The notes under the pieces were generated by a model. That model ran no database searches. It worked only from the letters and a program-made list of their open reading frames with translations, and was not told where the DNA came from. This document shows positions 50,176 through 61,037 of a stretch of 64,000 bases of DNA, piece after piece; the stretch's first letter is position 1, and each line of letters opens with the position of its first letter. Location: assembly GCA_027624315.1 (NCBI GenBank), contig JAQBXX010000003.1, positions 11,800 to 75,799 of the forward strand, read 5' to 3'. Made by a program: the position numbers and the translations under genes. This DNA is from Pseudomonadota bacterium (lineage in GTDB: Bacteria > Pseudomonadota > Gammaproteobacteria > SURF-13).

Positions 50176-51291
50176 ATGATCCTCATACTCAAACCAGACA
50201 CCACAAAATCCAGCGCCGATTACAAACGGCTGATGGAGTATCTCGCCAATCTGCCCAACATCCAGATTCGCATCCACGAAGAACAGGGTGTGCAGCAGAC
50301 ACTGACCGAAATCTACCTCATCGGTGATACCGCGCCGCTCAACCTCAATGACATGGATGGCCTGCCCGGTGTCGAGCGTGCGGTGCGTGTTTCGGAGGCG
50401 TACCGAATTCTGGGACGACACAAGGTCGACGTGCGCGCCACGCACTTCGACTACAACGGCGTGCGCTTCGGCCAGGACACCCTGAATGTTTTTGCCGGAC
50501 TCTGCGCCGTGGACACGCCGGAGCACGTCGAACTCATGATGAAGGCGCTGCGCGATAACGGCCAGGTGTGCACACGCATGGGCGCATACAAGCCGCGCTC
50601 CAATCCCTACTCCTTCCAGGGCCACGGCAAGAACTGCCTGCCCTACGTATTCGAACTCGCCGGCAAATACGGCATCAAGGTCATCGCCATGGAGGTCACG
50701 CACGAGTCGCATGTGGAGGAAATCCGCGAGGCCTTGAAGCAGACCGGCCATCCCACCGGGGTGATGTTACAGATCGGTACGCGCAACACCCAGAACTTCG
50801 AGCTGCTCAAGATCGTCGGCCGGCAGAAGGAGTTCCCGGTGCTGCTGAAGCGCGGTTTCGGCATCACGCTGGAGGAATCTCTCAACGCCGCGGAATATCT
50901 CGCGAGCGAGGGTAACCGTAATGTGGTGTTCGGTCTGCGCGGGATGAAGACCAATGTGGGCGACCCGCACCGCAACTTCGTGGATTTCTCGCACGTGCCG
51001 GTGGTCAAGCGCCTCACGCGCATGCCGGTGTGCATAGACCCGTCACATTCCGTAGGCTCGCGCGACTCTGCGCCGGACGGCATCCTCGACATCGTGACAG
51101 TGACCGCGCAGGGTGTTGTTGCGGGCGCCAACATGGTGCTGGTCGATTTTCATCCCGCGCCACACAAAGCGCTGGTGGATGGCCCGCAGGCACTCACGCT
51201 GGAAGAACTGCCCTACTTTCTGGAAGACGTGCGCATCGCACGCGAGGCCTACGAAAAGCGCAGCCTGCTCGCCAAACGCCTGAACACTTAG
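50176..51291 (+). CDS. 3-deoxy-7-phosphoheptulonate synthase, type I-beta with N-terminal regulatory domain
   Basis: Core matches Thermotoga/Bacillus-type DAHPS (LQIGTRNTQNFELLK, PVLLKRG, VCIDPSHS); start MILILKP at 50176 preferred over 50134. Confidence 0.8.
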   Translation: MILILKPDTTKSSADYKRLMEYLANLPNIQIRIHEEQGVQQTLTEIYLIGDTAPLNLNDMDGLPGVERAVRVSEAYRILGRHKVDVRATHFDYNGVRFGQDTLNVFAGLCAVDTPEHVELMMKALRDNGQVCTRMGAYKPRSNPYSFQGHGKNCLPYVFELAGKYGIKVIAMEVTHESHVEEIREALKQTGHPTGVMLQIGTRNTQNFELLKIVGRQKEFPVLLKRGFGITLEESLNAAEYLASEGNRNVVFGLRGMKTNVGDPHRNFVDFSHVPVVKRLTRMPVCIDPSHSVGSRDSAPDGILDIVTVTAQGVVAGANMVLVDFHPAPHKALVDGPQALTLEELPYFLEDVRIAREAYEKRSLLAKRLNT

Positions 51292-51299
51292 GGCTCCCT

Positions 51300-52031
51300 T
51301 TAGCTGGCTTTGCGCCCATCCAGCATTTCCATCAGCCGCTCCGCCGGCACGTAACCCGGGATCAGGCTGCCGTCTTCAAGTATGAGTGTCGGCGTGCCGG
51401 AGACGCCGACCTGTTTCACCGCCTGCATATGCTGCTGCACCGGATGGGCGCAGGTCTTCTGCGGCACGTCTTCATCGGCCTTGGCATGCGTGAGTGCGGC
51501 GTTCCGATCCTTGGCACACCATGCGGAAACCGCCTTTACATAGGACGGTGAATCTATGCCCGTGCGCGGGTAGGCGAGATAACGCACCTTGATTCCGTAT
51601 TTGTTGAGTTGCGCCATTTCGCCGTGCATCTTCCGGCAGTAACCACAATCGATGTCGGTAAACACCGTAATGGTATGTTTTACCTGTTTGGGCGCAAATA
51701 CAATCATGCTGCTTTCGCTGATCCCGTTAATCACCTTGAGGCGCGCCTGACTCCGCTTTAATTCGGTCAGATTTTCTTCCTGCGCCACGTCGATGACATC
51801 ACCGCGGATGAGATAGCGCCCATCCTGTGTCATGTATAAAACTGTGGCGCCGTAGCTGACTTCATACACGCCGGGGATTGCCGAGGCGGTGACGCTGTCA
51901 GGCTTTTTGCCGGGCAGCAACGTCTCCAGCGCCTTATTGATTTTCGCCGCCTCGTCTGCGGCCTGCACAGGTGCGAATGCCGCCAGCAATAGTGCCGCAA
52001 GCACCCCCGTCAATACTGATTTTTTACTCAC
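51300..52031 (-). CDS. dsbC: Thiol:disulfide interchange protein DsbC/DsbG family
   Basis: GTG start at 52031 with AAGGAG SD; signal peptide; CGYC active site; xerD-dsbC synteny. Confidence 0.85.
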   Translation of the reverse strand: MSKKSVLTGVLAALLLAAFAPVQAADEAAKINKALETLLPGKKPDSVTASAIPGVYEVSYGATVLYMTQDGRYLIRGDVIDVAQEENLTELKRSQARLKVINGISESSMIVFAPKQVKHTITVFTDIDCGYCRKMHGEMAQLNKYGIKVRYLAYPRTGIDSPSYVKAVSAWCAKDRNAALTHAKADEDVPQKTCAHPVQQHMQAVKQVGVSGTPTLILEDGSLIPGYVPAERLMEMLDGRKAS

Positions 52032-52053
52032 GCTAAAATCTCTCCTTGAACAT

Positions 52054-52536
52054 TCAATCACGAAAATTGGTGTATTGCAGCGGCAACTCCAGGTGAGCGC
52101 CACGCAGCAGCGCCATCACCTCCTGCAGGTCATCGCGCTTTTTGCCGGTGACGCGCACCTGCTCACCCTGTATCGCCGCCTGCACCTTCAGCTTCGAGTC
52201 CTTGATCAGCTTGACGATCTTCTTGGCCAATTCACTCTCGATACCCTGCCGCACGGTGATTTTCTGCTGTGCCTTGCTGCCGCTGATTTCAATCTTGTCG
52301 GCCTTGAGCACGGCGATATCCACGCCGCGCTTGGCCAGCTTGCTGTGCAGGATGTCGGTAATCTGCTTGATCTGAAATTCATTATCCGCATGCAGCGTGA
52401 GCAGCATTTCCGCATGCTCCACATTCGCACCGGTGCCCTTGAAATCGAAGCGCGTACTGACTTCGCGATTGGTCTGATCGACGGCGTTGGTGAGTTCGTG
52501 CGCGTCCACTTCGGAGACTACATCAAACGATGGCAT
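52054..52536 (-). CDS. yajQ: YajQ-family nucleotide-binding protein (UPF0234)
   Basis: 160 aa; [11 protein letters not shown]... conserved YajQ N-terminus. Confidence 0.88.
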   Translation of the reverse strand: MPSFDVVSEVDAHELTNAVDQTNREVSTRFDFKGTGANVEHAEMLLTLHADNEFQIKQITDILHSKLAKRGVDIAVLKADKIEISGSKAQQKITVRQGIESELAKKIVKLIKDSKLKVQAAIQGEQVRVTGKKRDDLQEVMALLRGAHLELPLQYTNFRD

Positions 52537-52583
52537 GATAGTTATCCTGACTCAAGAAATACCGGGAAATAATAACACGTCAG

Positions 52584-53525
52584 TTACCCGCGCGGATGAT
52601 GCTGCGCATGCAGATTTTTTAATCGTTCGCGCGCCACATGCGTATAAATTTGTGTGGTGGACAAATCACTGTGGCCGAGCAACATCTGCACTACGCGCAG
52701 ATCTGCGCCGTGATTGAGCAGGTGGGTGGCGAACGCGTGGCGCAGGGTGTGCGGTGACAAATGCTTGGTAATGCCCGCGCGCTGTGCGTGGCGACGGATG
52801 AGATGCCAGAAGCCTTGGCGCGTCATATCCGCTCCGCGCCGCGTGGGAAACAGAAAAGCGCAGACCTTGCCGCGCAGCAATTGCGGACGCGCCGCGCTCA
52901 GATAGCGTTCCAGCCAGACGTGAGCCTCCTCGCCGAACGGGATCAGCCGCTCCTTCGACCCCTTGCCGATGACACGCAGCACGCCTTGATGCAGGTTGAT
53001 CTGCGGCACCGTGAGCTGTACCAGCTCCGACACGCGCAATCCGCAACCGTAGAGCAACTCCAGCATGGTCCGGTCGCGCAGGCCGAGGGCGTTATTGATG
53101 TCGGGCGCGGCGAGCAGCGCCTCGACTTCGGCCTCGGTGAGCGACTTGGGGAGGTTGCGCCCCACCTTAGGTATCGCCACCTGCGCGCTGGGGTCGTGCT
53201 GCAGGCGGCCTTCGCGCACCATATGGCGATAAAAGCGGCGCAGCGTCGAAACCAGGCGTGCGCGGGAGCGCGGTTGCCTGCCCTGATGCGTGCGCAGCTC
53301 CAGATAATCCATCACCTGCGCACGCTCACAATGCAGCAGGCTGCGTTGCTGTTGCGCCAGCCAGCGCGCATAACCTTGCAGGTCATTGCGATAGGTGGCG
53401 CGCGTGTTGGCACTCAACCCGTGCTCCAGCCAGAGCACATCGAGAAAGCTCTCAATCAGTGTGCTCTCCTCTGCGACCAGAGGAAGAGGTGCCGGCGCGG
53501 CTGGATCAGCCTGCGTGTCGCTCAT
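52584..53525 (-). CDS. xerD: Site-specific tyrosine recombinase XerD
   Basis: Real start MSDTQADPA at 53525; R..HxxR..Y catalytic residues (LRHAFATHLL, YTHV); adjacent to dsbC as in E. coli. Confidence 0.85.
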   Translation of the reverse strand: MSDTQADPAAPAPLPLVAEESTLIESFLDVLWLEHGLSANTRATYRNDLQGYARWLAQQQRSLLHCERAQVMDYLELRTHQGRQPRSRARLVSTLRRFYRHMVREGRLQHDPSAQVAIPKVGRNLPKSLTEAEVEALLAAPDINNALGLRDRTMLELLYGCGLRVSELVQLTVPQINLHQGVLRVIGKGSKERLIPFGEEAHVWLERYLSAARPQLLRGKVCAFLFPTRRGADMTRQGFWHLIRRHAQRAGITKHLSPHTLRHAFATHLLNHGADLRVVQMLLGHSDLSTTQIYTHVARERLKNLHAQHHPRG

Positions 53526-54003
53526 GCTCCAGCAGCCAGCGTTTGATGCCGAGTTGAGTTCCTGCGATGGCGCCGGAATAGCCGCCCAGGCCGTTGTGCG
53601 CCACGATGCGGTGACACGGGACGATGATCGGAACCGGATTGGCGCGGCAGGCATTGCCCACGGCGCGCGCACCGGTGGCCAGTTGTGTGGCGAGCATGCC
53701 ATAACTTACGGTCGCGCCGGCAGGGAGATTCAGCAGCGCGTGCCACACGCGCTGCTGAAACGGCGTGCCGTGCAGGGACAAGGGAATGGAAAATGGTTGA
53801 CGCGGGTGGGCGAAGTAACGCAATAACTGGTCAACCACGCGTTGCGCGAAGATCGTGGCGGGCGCGAGATCGGCGTGGCGCAGGGAGAGAAAATCCAGGC
53901 CGCAGACGGCCTCCTGCCGGAGACACACGCCAAGCTTGGCGTGCAGGCCGAGGGGGGCGGCCAGGATGGCCGCGTAGGTCCGTACAGCGACCGGCGCGGC
54001 CAT
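53506..54003 (-). CDS. ogt: Methylated-DNA--protein-cysteine methyltransferase
   Basis: 165 aa; PCHRIV active site; overlaps xerD start by 20 nt. Confidence 0.85.
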   Translation of the reverse strand: MAAPVAVRTYAAILAAPLGLHAKLGVCLRQEAVCGLDFLSLRHADLAPATIFAQRVVDQLLRYFAHPRQPFSIPLSLHGTPFQQRVWHALLNLPAGATVSYGMLATQLATGARAVGNACRANPVPIIVPCHRIVAHNGLGGYSGAIAGTQLGIKRWLLEHERHAG

Positions 54004-54010
54004 AGCTCTC

Positions 54011-54355
54011 CTACAGCTTTTCCTGAATGCGCGCTTCCTTGCCCTGCAGATCGCGCAGATAGTAGAGCTTGGCGCGGCGTACCGCTCCGCGGCGTTTCAC
54101 GGTGATGTCATGGATGCTCGGGCTGTAGGTCTGGAACACACGCTCCACACCCTCGCCATGCGACATCTTGCGCACGGTAAAGGCCGAGTTGAGGCCGCGG
54201 TTGCGGCGCGCGATTACGACGCCTTCAAAGGCTTGCAAGCGTTCGCGCGTGCCCTCCTTCACCTTGATCTGAACCACGACGGTATCGCCCGGCGAGAAAT
54301 CCGGCACCTTGCGTGACATTTGTTCGGCTTCGATTTGTTGAATGATGTTGCTCAT
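54011..54355 (-). CDS. rplS: 50S ribosomal protein L19
   Basis: 114 aa; conserved L19 sequence. Confidence 0.95.
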   Translation of the reverse strand: MSNIIQQIEAEQMSRKVPDFSPGDTVVVQIKVKEGTRERLQAFEGVVIARRNRGLNSAFTVRKMSHGEGVERVFQTYSPSIHDITVKRRGAVRRAKLYYLRDLQGKEARIQEKL

Positions 54356-54378
54356 GGTGTATTCCTGTGCGTAATTGT

Positions 54379-55137
54379 TTAATTGCTCTCTTCAATAAAC
54401 TCATCCAGCAGACGGCGCTGCTCCGGCGTCAGCGTCATCCCTTCCAGCAGATCGGGCCGCCGCAACCAGGTGCGCCCCAGCGTCTGCTTCTCGCGCCAGC
54501 ACGCAATCGCGCGATGGTCACCACTCAGCAGCACCTCCGGCACCCGCAGGCCGTCGATTTCCTCGGGCCGCGTGTAGTGCGGAGTGTCGAGCAGTCCGCT
54601 GGCAAATGAATCCTGCGCGGCGGAATCCTCGTGCCCCAGTGCACCCGGCAACAATCGGGTGATGGCGTCGATCATGACCATCGCCGCCAGCTCTCCGCCG
54701 GAGAGCACATAGTCGCCTATCGACCATTCCGCGTCGACATGCGTGGCAATCACCCGCTCATCGATGCCTTCATAGCGTCCGGCCACCAGCACCAGTCGCG
54801 CGTGTGTAGCAAGCTCCTTCGCCCCGGCCTGATCCAGCCGCCGTCCCTGCGGCGTGAGGTAGACCACATGGGCCTGTTCCTCACCCGCACCGCGCGCTGC
54901 CACTATCGCATCGCGCAGCGGCTGCACCTGCATCACCATCCCCGGCCCGCCGCCGTAAGGGCGGTCATCCACCGTGTGGTGGCGGTCGTGCGCGTAATCG
55001 CGCGGGTTCCAGCGCGTGAGCCTCAGCACGCCGCTCTTCAGCGCCCGGCTCGTGATGCCGTAGTCCGCCAGTGCATCCAACATCTGCGGAAACAGCGTTA
55101 CTACAGCTATTTCCACCGCTAAAATTCCGGGTCCCAA
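54379..55137 (-). CDS. trmD: tRNA (guanine37-N1)-methyltransferase
   Basis: TrmD SPOUT motifs; alternative GTG start at 55116 (2 nt after rimM stop). Confidence 0.92.
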   Translation of the reverse strand: MGPGILAVEIAVVTLFPQMLDALADYGITSRALKSGVLRLTRWNPRDYAHDRHHTVDDRPYGGGPGMVMQVQPLRDAIVAARGAGEEQAHVVYLTPQGRRLDQAGAKELATHARLVLVAGRYEGIDERVIATHVDAEWSIGDYVLSGGELAAMVMIDAITRLLPGALGHEDSAAQDSFASGLLDTPHYTRPEEIDGLRVPEVLLSGDHRAIACWREKQTLGRTWLRRPDLLEGMTLTPEQRRLLDEFIEESN

Positions 55138-55655
55138 TCCACTCGCAACACAGCCTGCGCGCGGTCGACCTCTCGTACCACTTCACCCGGGATATAGGGG
55201 ATCAAACGTTCCCGCTCACCCTTGACCACCAGTACATCGTTCGCGCCGGTCTCCATCAGGTGATCGACCACGCCCAGTTCGACCCCCTCCAGCGTTACCA
55301 CCTTGAGGCCCACCAGGTCAGCCCAGTAATACTCACCCGCGTCGAGCGCGGGCAACTGGTCACGGCTGACGGCGATCTCGGCACCCAGCACCCGCTGGGC
55401 CGCATCACGGTCATGGTGTGTCTCAAACCGCACGACGACACCCTTGCCCTGATGGCGCCCTTCGGCAACCGCCTGCTCCACCCAGGGCGCGTCTGCCGTT
55501 GCGCCAGCGGCGCGCAGATACCACGGACGATAGTGCAGGATATTTTCTACAGGCGCGGTATAGGAAACAATCTTCAACCAGCCCCGCACCCCGAAAAGGC
55601 CAGCGACCCGGCCCACTACAATCAGGCGCGGCGTCCCTGCCTCGCCAACCGACAA
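55119..55655 (-). CDS. rimM: Ribosome maturation factor RimM
   Basis: PRC-barrel protein; proposed TTG start at 55655 just after rpsP stop; track ORF extends to 55739. Confidence 0.8.
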   Translation of the reverse strand: MSVGEAGTPRLIVVGRVAGLFGVRGWLKIVSYTAPVENILHYRPWYLRAAGATADAPWVEQAVAEGRHQGKGVVVRFETHHDRDAAQRVLGAEIAVSRDQLPALDAGEYYWADLVGLKVVTLEGVELGVVDHLMETGANDVLVVKGERERLIPYIPGEVVREVDRAQAVLRVDWDPEF

Positions 55656-55656
55656 C

Positions 55657-55899
55657 TCAGGCAGCAATGCTCTTAATGAGCCCGGCGACACGGTCGGACG
55701 GTTTCGCGCCCTGCGAAATCCAGTAGCCGATGCGATCATTATTCAGCGTGAGCTTCACTTCACCGCCGGTGGCGATAGGATTGAAAAATCCCACGCGCTC
55801 GATGTAGCGCCCATCGCGCGGCTGACGGCTGTCCGTCACCACGATGTTGTAAAACGGGCGCTTCTTCGCGCCACCGCGAGCCATGCGTATGGTTACCAT
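55657..55899 (-). CDS. rpsP: 30S ribosomal protein S16
   Basis: 80 aa; [21 protein letters not shown]. Confidence 0.95.
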   Translation of the reverse strand: MVTIRMARGGAKKRPFYNIVVTDSRQPRDGRYIERVGFFNPIATGGEVKLTLNNDRIGYWISQGAKPSDRVAGLIKSIAA

Positions 55900-56016
55900 C
55901 GTTGTTTATCCTCATTAAAATCGGGTCCGGGCCTTGCTCTGGGCCTTACAGCAACAGCCTGAATAAGCGCGTCATTCTACGCGAAAAGTCCACGCCAAGG
56001 AAGACCTTATCCTTTT

Positions 56017-56715
56017 TTAAGGGGTCAGAGCCCTTTTAGCAGGCCGCCCCCGCCTCGACTGGCCCACCCTCATTTTAAGCTTACCCTCTACCTTGTGCTT
56101 GAAGTAGTCGTTCCCCAACGGCGTGCCTGTCTGCCACGCTGCCCTGATTTCATTCATTTCGCTCTGATCAACATGCGCCTTGAACAAGGCGCGGTAGGCT
56201 TCCTTACGCTGCACTGCTGTTTTAGCCAAACTGAGATAAAGCTCGTGTGGAGTGACCAGCTTCTCTTCTCGTCCCTCCCCGTTCGTCCGATAACTCGACC
56301 AGCGGTAATCGCGCGGATGGGCCACCATGTTGGCCCGCACCGGGTTCAGCTCGATGTAGCGCATACAGGTTAAAAGATAATCTTCTTCCTGCACCATACT
56401 GGCTTTGTAACGTCCCTCCCAAAGTGTGCCGCTGGTGCCATACTGATGGTTGACGTAGGGTACGTAACGCCGCCCGACGTACTGCATCATGCGGCTGATC
56501 CCGTCACGGTCACCCGGCGTAGCCAGTATATGCACATGGTTGGTCATCAAGACATAGGCATGTATAGCGCAGTGATAACGGGTCGCTGCCTCCTGCAACC
56601 AGCCCAGATAGGCGCGGTAATCGCTTTCCTCATAAAAGACCGGCTCCCGGTTGTGCCCGCGCTGGACGACATGCACGGGTATGCCAGGCAGATAAAATCG
56701 GGGTTTTCGCGGCAT
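56017..56715 (-). mobile_element. REP-associated tyrosine transposase (RAYT; IS200/Y1-like TnpA_REP)
   Basis: Start MPRKPRFYLPGIPVHVVQRGHNREPVFYEE…HxH motif (NHVHIL) and catalytic Tyr region; track ORF has spurious 48-aa extension through the flanking repeat. Confidence 0.85.
56018..56037. repeat. REP-like hairpin, left flank of RAYT (ttaaggggtcagagcccttt)
   Basis: Inverted copy at 56770-56790; forms aaggg/ccctt hairpin; contains RAYT stop codon. Confidence 0.8.
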
Positions 56716-56769
56716 GATGGCATCACTCTCTGGTCGATCGCTCAACATACCACAGGACACCGCCGTATT

Positions 56770-56790
56770 AAAGGGCTCTGACCCCTTTAA
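56770..56790. repeat. REP-like hairpin, right flank of RAYT (aaagggctctgacccctttaa)
   Basis: Reverse complement of 56018-56037 with one extra A. Confidence 0.8.
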
Positions 56791-57413
56791 TGGTGTCGAG
56801 CACCGCCACCACCCTGGTGTTCGCGCGCCACGCGCGCGGCAACGTGGACCTGGTTCCAATTGCCGCAGTGGTGATCCTGCTCGCCAACCTGATGGTGCTG
56901 GTACGGCTGGGGGTCATTGCCGCCGTAGTATCACCAAACCTGCTGCCCGCACTGCTGCCAGTGCTGGGTGGCGGCCTGCTTGCAGGATTAGCCGGTACAG
57001 CCCTGTTTTGGCGCGACCTGCGCAGTGATGCCGCGTTGCCCGCCCTGGAACTCAACAATCCCACCGAGATACGCACTGCACTGGGCTTCGGCCTGCTCTA
57101 CGCGGCGGTGCTGTTCGCCGCCGCCTGGCTGGCAGATTACGCGGGCAATCAGGGCCTGTATGCCGTGGCGCTGGCGTCCGGCCTCGCCGACGTGGATCCG
57201 ATCACGCTGTCCAGCCTGCGCCTGTTTGCGCTTGGCCGACTGGCCGAAAGCCCGGTGGTAACGGCGATCACCCTCGCCTTTGTCGCCAACCTTGCGTTCA
57301 AATTCGGCCTGATGCTGTTTATCGGCGGCGCGGCGCTGTCGCGCAAGACCGCTGTGGGCATGCTGTCCATCGCTGTGGGCGCAGGCGCCGGGTGGGCAGC
57401 TTTCAATATTTAA
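56790..57413 (+). CDS. DUF4010 (MgtC-family C-terminal domain) membrane protein, possibly N-terminally truncated
   Basis: 207 aa, 5-6 TM helices, Ala/Leu/Gly-rich; starts at the edge of the RAYT right repeat; full-length relatives often carry an N-terminal MgtC domain absent here. Confidence 0.55.
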   Translation: MVSSTATTLVFARHARGNVDLVPIAAVVILLANLMVLVRLGVIAAVVSPNLLPALLPVLGGGLLAGLAGTALFWRDLRSDAALPALELNNPTEIRTALGFGLLYAAVLFAAAWLADYAGNQGLYAVALASGLADVDPITLSSLRLFALGRLAESPVVTAITLAFVANLAFKFGLMLFIGGAALSRKTAVGMLSIAVGAGAGWAAFNI

Positions 57414-57414
57414 T

Positions 57415-57455
57415 TTCAAACAAACGCAAGGGCGGAATACGACTTGCGTCTAACC
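57415..57455. terminator. Bidirectional terminator hairpin between convergent DUF4010 gene and ccp
   Basis: acgcaag...cttgcgt stem; minus strand followed by ttgtttgaaatt. Confidence 0.5.
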
Positions 57456-57467
57456 CATCCAAACCCT

Positions 57468-58475
57468 CTAGTCAGGCAGTGTACCGCTCAGACTGTTTAG
57501 GAACGCGGCCAGATATTTAACCTGTTTGTCGGTGAGGTCTTGTTGCAGTTGCGTCTTGGCCATCACGCGCACGGCTTCGTCCAGCGTCGGCACACTGCCG
57601 GTGTGAAAATAAGGCGCGGTGAGCGCGATGTTGCGCAGCGTTGGCACTTGGAACAATCGCTTGTGGATATCTTCCTTGGTGGCTTCGTAGCGCCCTAAAT
57701 CATCCGTGACCAGATTATATTTCCGGTCATACTCGCTGCCTGGATAATTGGGGAATAGCTCGTAAAACCCCTCCCCCATCGGTACCGGGGGGCCGGAAAT
57801 GTTGATCCCGAAGTGACAGGCCGAGCACCCGATCTTCTGAAACTCCTCGAAGCCGCGCCGTGCATTTTCGGATAATGCCTTTTTATCGCCCTTCAGATAA
57901 CGGTCGAAGGCGCTCTCGGGGGTGATCAGTGTACGCACATACGCCGCCACCGCCTTGGCGATGTTGTGCGCAGTCACAGGCTGCTCCTTGCCAAACGCAC
58001 GCGTAAATTGCCTACGGTAGCCTTTGCTGGCCGTGATGCGCTCTATCAATCCGGCTTCGTCCGGGTTGGCCAGCACATCGAGATCAAACAGGTGGTCTGT
58101 GACCGCCGCTTCAAGGCTCGCCGCGCGCCCGTCCCGGAATTGTACGCTTTGGAACGCGGCGTTCAGCACCGTCGGCGTGGAGCGGCGCGGGCTCTTGCCG
58201 AGGGCGCCCACGGAACGTACGCGCCCATCAGCGCCAGCCCTGTTCACGTCGTGGCAGGTATTGCAGGAAATCGTGTTGTTGACCGAGAGCCGGGTATCGG
58301 AATACAACTGCTTGCCCAGCGCGATCCTGGCGGGTGTCTGCGGATTGTCCGCAGGTTCCGGTGCATTGTGCGGCAATGGGGAAAATACTTCGAACGCCAG
58401 CAATGGCTGCGAGCAACCCACGAGCACAACGAGTGTGAGGTTGCGTAAAATCCCCGGCAGAACATTCATGCGCAT
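57468..58475 (-). CDS. ccp: Di-haem cytochrome c peroxidase
   Basis: Start MRMNVLPG (signal peptide) at 58475; two CxxCH haem motifs (CNTCH, CSACH). Confidence 0.88.
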   Translation of the reverse strand: MRMNVLPGILRNLTLVVLVGCSQPLLAFEVFSPLPHNAPEPADNPQTPARIALGKQLYSDTRLSVNNTISCNTCHDVNRAGADGRVRSVGALGKSPRRSTPTVLNAAFQSVQFRDGRAASLEAAVTDHLFDLDVLANPDEAGLIERITASKGYRRQFTRAFGKEQPVTAHNIAKAVAAYVRTLITPESAFDRYLKGDKKALSENARRGFEEFQKIGCSACHFGINISGPPVPMGEGFYELFPNYPGSEYDRKYNLVTDDLGRYEATKEDIHKRLFQVPTLRNIALTAPYFHTGSVPTLDEAVRVMAKTQLQQDLTDKQVKYLAAFLNSLSGTLPD

Positions 58476-58489
58476 TTCCAACCCTTGAA

Positions 58490-58522
58490 AACCAAAAAGC
58501 CGAGCAATGCTCGGCTTTTCTT
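58490..58522 (-). terminator. Rho-independent terminator after rplQ
   Basis: minus strand aaaagccgagcattgctcggctttttggtttt. Confidence 0.7.
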
Positions 58523-58539
58523 GTGACTCTAAAAAATTC

Positions 58540-58929
58540 TTACTTCGCAGCCGTTTTGACTGCTTCCGGCTGAGGACGATCCACCAGCTCCACCAGCGCC
58601 ATCGGCGCGGCATCACCGGCACGGAAGCCGCACTTCAAGATGCGCAGGTAGCCGCCCGGACGCGCCTTGTAGCGCGGGCCGATTTCGTTGAACAGCTTGG
58701 TAACCATCTCGCGGTCGTGTATGCGCGCGAATGCCAGCCTGCGCTGGGACATGCTGTCGACTTTAGCAAGCGTGATCAGCGGCTCTACGACGCGCCTCAG
58801 GTCTTTGGCCTTGGGCAGCGTGGTCTCGATCACCTCGTGGCGCAACAGTGCTGCGGCCATGTTTTTGAACATGGCGCCGCGATGTGAGCTGTTGCGGCTT
58901 AATTGACGTCCTGCATTACGGTGGCGCAT
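58540..58929 (-). CDS. rplQ: 50S ribosomal protein L17
   Basis: 129 aa conserved L17. Confidence 0.95.
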   Translation of the reverse strand: MRHRNAGRQLSRNSSHRGAMFKNMAAALLRHEVIETTLPKAKDLRRVVEPLITLAKVDSMSQRRLAFARIHDREMVTKLFNEIGPRYKARPGGYLRILKCGFRAGDAAPMALVELVDRPQPEAVKTAAK

Positions 58930-58953
58930 ATCAGTTCCTGAGTCCTTGCGGTG

Positions 58954-59952
58954 TTAAGCAGACGCTTTTTCTTTGTCACGCAGATGCGCGGGCGGCCAGT
59001 TTTCCAGGCGTATACCGAGCGAGAGGCCATGCGAGGCCAGCACATCCTTGATCTCGGTGAGCGACTTCTTACCGAGGTTCGGCGTCTTCAGCAACTCATT
59101 TTCAGAACGCTGAATCAGGTCGCCGATGTAGTGAATATTTTCCGCCTTGAGGCAGTTCGCGGAGCGCACCGTGAGTTCGAGATCGTCGACCGGGCGCAAC
59201 AGAATGGGATCGATCTCGGCCTGCATCGAGGCCGGCAACACTTCTTCGCTGCCCTTGAGCTCGACGAAGGTGGAGAGCTGATCCTGCAATATCGTGGCGG
59301 CGCGGCGGATCGCTTCTTCCGGATCGACGGTGCCGTTGGTTTCGATGTCGATCACCAGCTTGTCGAGGTCGGTGCGCTGCTCAACGCGTGCGCGCTCCAC
59401 GAGATAGGTGACGCGCCGCACAGGGCTGAACGAGGCATCGAGGCTAAGCTTGCCGATCTTGCGGTCTTCCTCGGCGTTGGCGCGCGTCGAGGCCGGTTCA
59501 TAACCACGGCCGCGCTTGACCTTGAGCGTCATGTTGATTTCACCCGACTTGGTGAGGTGCGCGATGACGTGATCGGGGTTCACGATTTCAACATCGTGGT
59601 CGAGCGTGATATCACACGCCAGCACAACACCCAAGCCCTTCTTGCGCAGCGTGAGTGTGGCTTCATCGCGCGCATGCATGCGTATCGCGAGGCCCTTGAG
59701 GTTGAGCAGGATTTCGACTACATCCTCCTGCACACCTTCAACGGTGGTGTATTCGTGCAGCACGCCTTCGATCTCCGCATCAACCACCGCGCTCCCCGGC
59801 ATGGAGGAGAGCAGGATGCGACGCAGCGCATTGCCCAAGGTGTGCCCAAAGCCGCGTTCCAGCGGCTCCAGCGTTACCTTGGCATGTCTGTCGTTAATGG
59901 CTTGAACAGAGACCAGACGTGGTTTCAAAAATTCTGCGACTGAACCCTGCAT
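58954..59952 (-). CDS. rpoA: DNA-directed RNA polymerase subunit alpha
   Basis: 332 aa; conserved NTD/CTD. Confidence 0.97.
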   Translation of the reverse strand: MQGSVAEFLKPRLVSVQAINDRHAKVTLEPLERGFGHTLGNALRRILLSSMPGSAVVDAEIEGVLHEYTTVEGVQEDVVEILLNLKGLAIRMHARDEATLTLRKKGLGVVLACDITLDHDVEIVNPDHVIAHLTKSGEINMTLKVKRGRGYEPASTRANAEEDRKIGKLSLDASFSPVRRVTYLVERARVEQRTDLDKLVIDIETNGTVDPEEAIRRAATILQDQLSTFVELKGSEEVLPASMQAEIDPILLRPVDDLELTVRSANCLKAENIHYIGDLIQRSENELLKTPNLGKKSLTEIKDVLASHGLSLGIRLENWPPAHLRDKEKASA

Positions 59953-59978
59953 AGAAAATCCTCTTGGTATAACCAGCG

Positions 59979-60605
59979 TTACTTCGAGTACAACTCGACG
60001 ATAAGGTGTTCGTTAATGTCGGCGGAAAGCTCACTGCGTTCCGGCAATGCCTTGAATACGCCTTGCAGCTTGGTTACGTCTACATCGATCCAATCCGAAA
60101 AGCCGCGCTGCTGGGCCATTTCCATGGCCGCCTTGATGCGCAACTGTTCCTTGGCCGCCTCGGCAGCAGCGATGACATCATTCGGCTGCACCTGATAGCT
60201 CGGAATATTGACCTTTTTACCATTGACGGTGATCGCATTGTGGCGCACCAGCTGCCTGGCTTCAGAGCGCGACGCGCCAAAGCCCATGCGAAACACGACG
60301 TTGTCCAAGCGCCCTTCCAGCAGCTGCAACAGAAGTTCACCGGTGGAGCCCTTGCGGCTGTCGGCTTGGGCATAGTAGCCACGGAACTGGCCTTCCAGGA
60401 CCCCGTAGGTGCGGCGGAGCTTCTGCTTCTCACGCAACTGGCGGGCATAGTCAGACAAGCGCGTACGGCGCTGCCCATGCTGTCCGGGCGGGAAGGCGCG
60501 GCTTTCGATCGCGCACTTGCTGGTAAAACACTTCTCGCCCTTGAGGAAAAGCTTTTCGCCCTCACGGCGGCACAAACGACACTTGGGACCTGTATATTTA
60601 GCCAC
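59979..60605 (-). CDS. rpsD: 30S ribosomal protein S4
   Basis: 208 aa; [16 protein letters not shown]. Confidence 0.97.
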   Translation of the reverse strand: MAKYTGPKCRLCRREGEKLFLKGEKCFTSKCAIESRAFPPGQHGQRRTRLSDYARQLREKQKLRRTYGVLEGQFRGYYAQADSRKGSTGELLLQLLEGRLDNVVFRMGFGASRSEARQLVRHNAITVNGKKVNIPSYQVQPNDVIAAAEAAKEQLRIKAAMEMAQQRGFSDWIDVDVTKLQGVFKALPERSELSADINEHLIVELYSK

Positions 60606-60623
60606 GGCTGACTCCAGACTTAC

Positions 60624-61028
60624 TTAAACGCGACGTCGTTTCGGAGGACGGCAACCGTTATGCGGAATCGGTGTCACGTCGGAGATGTTGATAACCTTAA
60701 AACCTACCGCATTGAGCGCACGCACGGCGTACTCACGGCCCGGCCCGGGACCCTTGATAAACACCTCAAGCGTCTTGACGCCGAACTCCAGTGCCGCAGT
60801 ACCTGCCTTCTCGGCAGCCACCTGCGCCGCAAACGGCGTGCTCTTGCGCGAACCACGGAAGCCGCAGCCACCCGCAGAGGCCCAGCTCAGTGCGTTACCC
60901 TGGCGGTCAGTGATCGTAATGATGGTGTTGTTGAACGAAGCATGCACGTGAGCCATGCCATCGACGACATTCTTCTTGACCTTTTTACGGGCGCGCGATG
61001 CAGTTTTGACTGCTGTTTTGGCTACCAT
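60624..61028 (-). CDS. rpsK: 30S ribosomal protein S11
   Basis: 134 aa conserved S11. Confidence 0.97.
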   Translation of the reverse strand: MVAKTAVKTASRARKKVKKNVVDGMAHVHASFNNTIITITDRQGNALSWASAGGCGFRGSRKSTPFAAQVAAEKAGTAALEFGVKTLEVFIKGPGPGREYAVRALNAVGFKVINISDVTPIPHNGCRPPKRRRV

Positions 61029-61037
61029 ATAATCCCG

